A stretch of DNA of 64,000 nt from a bacterium (lineage in GTDB: Bacteria > UBA8248): positions 704,001-768,000 of the forward strand of contig OZ241875.1 of NCBI GenBank assembly GCA_965203325.1, written 5' to 3'. A model generated the notes under the pieces. That model was not told the origin of the DNA, ran no database searches, and saw only the letters and a program-made list of their open reading frames with translations. The position numbers and the translations under genes are program-made. Positions 59,076 through 64,000 of this stretch are shown one piece after another. Positions within the stretch are counted from its first letter, which is position 1. Every line of letters starts with the position of its first letter.

Positions 59076-59873
59076 ATCGGGGGTCGGGTTCGTCTTCCTG
59101 GCTTTGCGCCTCGCCCGGAACTCCTGCAGCAGCCTTTCATGGTGCACGCTCGTGAAGAAACTCTCGACGAACGAATCCACCGGATGGTTGATGAGGTTCT
59201 CCGGCGTGTCGACCTGGACGATTACGCCGTCGCGCATCACGGCGATCCTGTCGGCGATCTGAAACGCATCCGTTAAATCGTGCGTCACGAGCAGGCTGAT
59301 CGCCCCGATCTCGTCGTGCACTCTTCTCAGTTCTTTTCGGACCTCGAGCCTCGCGACCGGATCGATGTTCGCCAGGGGCTCATCGAGAAGAAAAACCTGC
59401 GGGGGGATGGCGATGGCGCGGCCGATGGCGACTTTTTGCTGCTGGCCCGCACTCAGGCTGTCCGGGCGGCGGCGGGACCACTTTTTGCTGATCCCCAGAC
59501 GCCGCATCACGTCCTGGGCGCGCTCGTTCAGGATGCCCGGCAGCCAGCGGCGGATTTTGAGCGCGAAACCCAGGTTCGAGTATTTCTTCTCGTCGAAAAC
59601 CCTCATGTGCGGCCAGAGGGCGTAGCTCTGGAAAACGAGCTGCACCCCGCGCCTTCCGGGCGGAATGCCGTTCAGCCGCACGCCGTCCAAATAAATGTGG
59701 CCGCCGTCCTCATCCTCCACGCCGGCGATGATGCGCAAAAGCGTCGATTTGCCGCAGCCCGTAGGACCGACGAGCACCATGAACTCCCGGTCTTCGAGCG
59801 CCAGGGAGAGATTGTCGATCGCGCAAACGTCGTCGAAATCTTTCTTGAGTCCCGTAATCGTCAGACGGCTCAT
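59067..59873 (-). CDS. ABC transporter ATP-binding protein (MalK-like)
   Basis: GPTGCGKST, FQSYALWPHM, LSAGQQQK, LLDEP, VTHD. Confidence 0.9.
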   Translation of the reverse strand: MSRLTITGLKKDFDDVCAIDNLSLALEDREFMVLVGPTGCGKSTLLRIIAGVEDEDGGHIYLDGVRLNGIPPGRRGVQLVFQSYALWPHMRVFDEKKYSNLGFALKIRRWLPGILNERAQDVMRRLGISKKWSRRRPDSLSAGQQQKVAIGRAIAIPPQVFLLDEPLANIDPVARLEVRKELRRVHDEIGAISLLVTHDLTDAFQIADRIAVMRDGVIVQVDTPENLINHPVDSFVESFFTSVHHERLLQEFRARRKARKTNPTPDSP

Positions 59874-59890
59874 CGTTCTCTCCGGCTCAT

Positions 59891-60235
59891 TCAGCCCTCA
59901 GGCGCCAGCTCGTTCAGCTTCTCGACGCCCGGCGTGAAGATCTCCTCGAGAACGAGCGGCCCATCGCCCGCGTTGCGCGTGGAGTGCTCCTGGTTCGGCG
60001 GAAAAACCACGACGCCGCCCGGCCCGAGGACCACTTCCTTCCCGCCGCACGCGAACTTCGCCGTGCCTTCGAGCACGATCGTCATCTGCTCGTTGGGGTG
60101 TGAATGGGGGTTGTACATGTCCACGCCGGCGCGAATCGTCTGGCGAAGCACGGTCAGGCGCTCGCCCGCCACCACGCGCTGAATCCTCTCCCCGGTGTCG
60201 TGCGCTTCCATTTCCTCGAAATTGTAATATTTCAC
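59891..60235 (-). CDS. Cupin domain protein
   Basis: PHSHPNEQ..VLEG..PPNQEHS; GTG start after GGAG. Confidence 0.85.
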   Translation of the reverse strand: MKYYNFEEMEAHDTGERIQRVVAGERLTVLRQTIRAGVDMYNPHSHPNEQMTIVLEGTAKFACGGKEVVLGPGGVVVFPPNQEHSTRNAGDGPLVLEEIFTPGVEKLNELAPEG

Positions 60236-60382
60236 GTTCTTCTCCACCTGGAATGGATAAACTGTATGGAAACTTGGACTGCAGGGCAGCATCAGCAGCC
60301 GATTCATCGTATAGAAGTATTTGCATCCGCTCAAACCTTCTCCTAAAGTGTTCACAAGCCGTCTTATTCCTAGGAGACCACC

Positions 60383-60907
60383 ATGAAGCGAACCCTCATC
60401 TGCATCATCGCCATCGCCGTTCTCGCCGTGTTCTGGACGTTCTACCAGGCAGGCGCATCTGGACTCGGACCCGGCGCGCAAGCACCCGAACTCAAGGGCG
60501 GGCCCTGGATTGGCGGCGAGCCCGTAAAGCTCGCCGATCTGCGCGGCAAGGTCGTTCTCCTCGACATGTGGACGTTCGCCTGAATCAATTGCGTGCGGGA
60601 GATCCCCACGCTGCGCTCGTGGCACGAGCGCTATGAAGACAAGGGGCTGGTCGTCATCGGAAACCATGCGCCCGAATTCAATTTTGACCGGAAAAAAGAA
60701 AACATCGAAGAGGCCATGGCCAAGCTCGGCATCAAATACCGCGTCGTGATGGATAACGACTTCACCAACTGGGACGCCTTTCAGAATCGCTTCTGGCCGA
60801 CGAAATACCTGATCGACAAGAAGGGCGTCGTGCGCTTCAAGACGATCGGCGAGGGCAATCACGAGCGCACCGAAGCGATGATCATGAAGCTGCTCGCCGA
60901 AAAATGA
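60383..60907 (+). CDS. Exported redoxin (DipZ/TlpA-like) selenoprotein, UxxC
   Basis: LRGKVVLLDMWTFA-TGA-INCVRE..HAPEF..WPTKYLID. In-frame TGA at 60581-60583 joins two ORF-track fragments; SECIS-like hairpin GCGTG-C-GGG-AGAT-CCC-CACGC follows. Confidence 0.9.
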
Positions 60908-61893
60908 TGGAAACGGAAGAAACGTCGCAACCGGAGAACGCGCCCGCCTATCCCTACTCGTCTCTCTTAAGGCTCACCCACTGGCTGAACGTGCCGCTCC
61001 TGCTCCTGATGATGGCGAGCGGGTTTCAGATATGGTGGGCGTACCCCGCTTTCGGCCCGGACAGGCCCAACCCCGAAGCGATCTACGAGGCGCTGCGGGG
61101 CACGGAAACCCGGGCCGACCCGCGCGCCATCAACCTGGGCGCCGACTACAGGGTTTTCGTCCAGGGCCTCACGAAAACCTTCGGCATCGGCGAGTGGCTC
61201 GCGGGCGCGCTGCGCTGGCACTTCGCCCTCATGTGGCCCTACACCATCAACGGGCTGATCTTCCTGCTCCTGCTCCTCCTGACGGAAGAAGGGAGGCACT
61301 ACCGCATCACGCGGGCGGATTTCTCCGGCGCAAAAGAAATGCTGCTTCATCCCATCAGAACCTTTCACCATCCCCCCGGCGAGGGGAAATTCAATCCGAT
61401 TCAAAAAATCACATACAACGTCGTCATACTGGCCGGTGTGCTCTCCGTCCTGACGGGCCTCGCCATCCTGAAACCCGTACAACTCGGTTGGCTCACCTGG
61501 CTTTTCGGGGGTTATCAGCCGAGCCGGTTCCTGCATTTTCTGGTGATGCTGTTTCTGGTCGTCTTCATGATCGGCCATTTCCTGATGGTGATATCCCACG
61601 GATGGCGGCGCGGACTCGCGCCCATGATCGTCGGGATCAAGGCGGAGCGAGACGCCTTTCGGGCCAGGCAAAGGCAATTCGCCAGAAATCTCGGGCGCGT
61701 CGCCGAGGAGGCGGCGATCCTGGTGCTCGTCTTCTGGCTCGGGAGCCTCGTTGCGGATATGATGAACGCTGTTTTGGGCGGTGAGGCCTCAGGCGTGTGG
61801 TTCGGCGCGCCGGGGTATCTCCTTATCCGCTTGGGTCTCATGCGCGGACGGCGCATTGGAGATTTTTGGCGCAAGGCGAGAGCGGGAAGCTGA
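60904..61893 (+). CDS. Cytochrome b/b6-domain membrane protein (Ni-hydrogenase cyt b / YdhU-like)
   Basis: RLTHWLN, RWHF, FNPIQKITY, RFLHF..GHF heme-ligand His pattern. Confidence 0.85.
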   Translation: MMETEETSQPENAPAYPYSSLLRLTHWLNVPLLLLMMASGFQIWWAYPAFGPDRPNPEAIYEALRGTETRADPRAINLGADYRVFVQGLTKTFGIGEWLAGALRWHFALMWPYTINGLIFLLLLLLTEEGRHYRITRADFSGAKEMLLHPIRTFHHPPGEGKFNPIQKITYNVVILAGVLSVLTGLAILKPVQLGWLTWLFGGYQPSRFLHFLVMLFLVVFMIGHFLMVISHGWRRGLAPMIVGIKAERDAFRARQRQFARNLGRVAEEAAILVLVFWLGSLVADMMNAVLGGEASGVWFGAPGYLLIRLGLMRGRRIGDFWRKARAGS

Positions 61894-61896
61894 GAG

Positions 61897-62181
61897 ATGA
61901 GCACGGAAGAACAAACCGAATTCGTTCTGCCGACCCAACTGGCAAGGCGCAGACTATTCGCCGGCAAGCTGGTATTGGGCGTCGTCTGCATCAACGCCGC
62001 GCTGGCTTTGGTCGCCGCATTTCTCCTGAGCGGGCCGGTGGCCTGGATAACGCGATTTGAGTTCGGGTTTCTGACGTGGGCCTGCATTTTGTATCCCACC
62101 TCCCTCGTCCTGGCCGTCCCCATCATCGCGCCCGTCGTCATCAAGGTGTTGAAGCCGCCGCCCGAGTCCTCCGGAGAGTGA
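61897..62181 (+). CDS. Small membrane protein (2 TM)
   Basis: Two hydrophobic helices; tightly packed in the operon. Confidence 0.65.
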   Translation: MSTEEQTEFVLPTQLARRRLFAGKLVLGVVCINAALALVAAFLLSGPVAWITRFEFGFLTWACILYPTSLVLAVPIIAPVVIKVLKPPPESSGE

Positions 62182-62183
62182 AG

Positions 62184-62993
62184 ATGAAAAGAGGCGAAAA
62201 GCGAAACGTCTCCGGCGGAGATAGACTGGGGGCGTCGCGGCGCGGATTCATGAAGATGCTCGTAGCCTGCGCCTCCGCCTTCATGGCCGGGTGCTCGCGC
62301 CTGAACGAAGAACCCGGCGTGCAGGCCGTGCTGAGCTGGTTCGATCGGCTGAACCACAAGGTGGGCCTCATTACGGACAGCAACCACCGCCTCGCGCGCA
62401 CCTACCCCCGAAGCGCCGTCCAGCCCGATCAGATGCGGCCCAACGGCTCGGTGGTCACGCCGAACTCCCGGATCATCAAGACCCCTCCCGAGGAGTGGCG
62501 GCTCGTCGTGGGCGAAGCCCATCTCAGAAACGGGCAGATGATGAAGCGGCACTGGGTGCAAGAATACACGCTCGCGCAGCTTCGCGAGATGCCGGTACTG
62601 GAGCAGACGGTGGAGCACATCTGCGTCGAGGGCTGGAGCGCGATATGCCACTGGCGGGGGGTGCATCTCGCTCGCTTCATCGAAATGCACAAGCTCAGGC
62701 CCGAGAGCCGCTACGTGTTCTTCCTGTGCGACGACATGCTCGCCACCGCGAACGGGCACGAGCGCTACAGCGTGACGTTCGATCTCAAGCAGGCGATGCA
62801 CCCGCAGAACGTCCTCGCGTATGAGTACAACGGCGAGACGCTGCCCCTGGAGCACGGCGCACCGCTGCGTCTCGCCTCACCCACGAACGTGGGCTGGAAG
62901 AGCGCGAAATTCCTGCGCTACGTCTTTTTCACGAACGAGGACCTGGGCGGGTTCTGGGAGAAGCAGGGCTACCCGCGCTATTACGGCTTCTGA
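62184..62993 (+). CDS. Tat-exported molybdopterin oxidoreductase, sulfite-oxidase/MsrP family
   Basis: SRRGFMK Tat motif and AGC lipobox; HICVEGWS, LPLEHGAPLRL, GWKSAKF, GGFWEKQGY. Confidence 0.9.
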   Translation: MKRGEKRNVSGGDRLGASRRGFMKMLVACASAFMAGCSRLNEEPGVQAVLSWFDRLNHKVGLITDSNHRLARTYPRSAVQPDQMRPNGSVVTPNSRIIKTPPEEWRLVVGEAHLRNGQMMKRHWVQEYTLAQLREMPVLEQTVEHICVEGWSAICHWRGVHLARFIEMHKLRPESRYVFFLCDDMLATANGHERYSVTFDLKQAMHPQNVLAYEYNGETLPLEHGAPLRLASPTNVGWKSAKFLRYVFFTNEDLGGFWEKQGYPRYYGF

Positions 62994-63283
62994 CCGCTCA
63001 GGCAGCCTCGACAAGCTGCGCCCCCATCAATCCAACTAGGTATTCAATGTAAAACCATGCCTTGCCCGGAAGACAGGCATTCTGCAGAAACTTCGAAAAC
63101 CAGCTTGCCCCCGATTTTAACCCCTTGACACCGGTCTAACGTTAGATAGAATGAATCAGGAAAATTAGAATCAATCTTATCCAGAGAAATCATGACGCAG
63201 GAGGTTATGGGGGCTCCTTATCAACGAGGGAGATGGATGCCCCTGATTTGAGATTCGTCCAACTCGAAAGGAGGGAACTGCTG

Positions 63284-64000
63284 ATGACGATCAGGAAACT
63301 TACGACGATCGGGTTTATGATCTGTGCGCTGAGCTTCACGATGGTGGCGTCGGGAGTCGGTGAAGCGGACGCCGCAAAGCGCATACGCTGGAAAATGGCG
63401 AGTTGGTTCCCGAGCAAATTGACCCAGCTCGGCTCGATGGGCAAAGAAATGGTCGACCGTCTGGAGCGGGTTTCGGGCGGCAACATCAAAATCAGGTTCT
63501 TCGAGCCCAACGCGCTGATCCCGGCCAAGGAGTGCTTCGACGCCGTTGCGAAGGGCTCGGTGGATGCGTGCTGGTCGACGCCCGGCTACTGGTACGGCAA
63601 GGAGCCGGCGCTCGCCATGTTCGCCGCCGTTCCCTTCGGCCCCCGAGCAGGCGAATATATGGGCTGGATTTTCTACGGCGGCGGCATAGAGCTCTGGGAT
63701 GCGATCTACAAGAAGCATGGCCTGAAATCGCTACCCTGCGGCGTGATCGCGCCCGAAGCGTCGGGCTGGTTCCGCAAGGAGATCAAGGGCATCGACGACC
63801 TGAAGGGTTTGAAGATGCGCTTCTTCGGGCTGGGCGCCAAAGTGATGGAGAAGGTGGGCGTATCGACCCAGCTTATTGCGGGCGGCGACATCTTCCCGGC
63901 GCTCGAGCGCGGCTCGATCGACGCGACGGAATACTCTATGCCGGCGATCGACTTGAACCTCGGCTTCTACCAGGTAGCGAAGCACTACTACTTCCCCGGC
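63284..64000 (+). CDS. TRAP transporter substrate-binding protein (DctP/TakP-like), 3'-partial
   Basis: Signal peptide, RWKMASWFP, AVPFG, GWFRKEI..DLKGLKMR, ALERGSIDATE; runs off the window. Confidence 0.92.
   Translation, partial: MTIRKLTTIGFMICALSFTMVASGVGEADAAKRIRWKMASWFPSKLTQLGSMGKEMVDRLERVSGGNIKIRFFEPNALIPAKECFDAVAKGSVDACWSTPGYWYGKEPALAMFAAVPFGPRAGEYMGWIFYGGGIELWDAIYKKHGLKSLPCGVIAPEASGWFRKEIKGIDDLKGLKMRFFGLGAKVMEKVGVSTQLIAGGDIFPALERGSIDATEYSMPAIDLNLGFYQVAKHYYFPG

Overview
GC-rich bacterial chromosome segment in two parts. (1) About 1-36,100 is the right-hand portion of an integrative, mobilisable island; its left end lies outside the window. It carries an excisionase-like HTH gene, a Cre-like tyrosine recombinase and a 1822-aa FN3/cadherin-like/Calx-beta autotransporter adhesin. 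A lower-GC defence cargo follows: a membrane protein + exported nuclease pair, a Lamassu/ABC-3C system with a hydrolase effector, an m4C MTase + REase, and a PIN protein. Then come an RHH gene, an F-type oriT/nic site, a leading region (SLOG, DUF4326, ssb, Frpo-like hairpins), a MOBF relaxase-helicase, TetR, HU/IHF and two tandem integrases. (2) About 36,400-64,000 is core/metabolic DNA: oxidoreductases, tRNA-Val(CAC), priA, queC, hydrolases, REP/MITE-like repeats, two UGA-recoded selenoprotein genes, a cytochrome b/molybdoenzyme operon and a partial TRAP binding protein. The strongest candidate for an undescribed system is an apparent invertible promoter at 1704-1904. It is bounded by two inverted lox-like sites between the recombinase and the adhesin, and would toggle transcription between them. 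All calls are by eye from motifs; no database searches were run.
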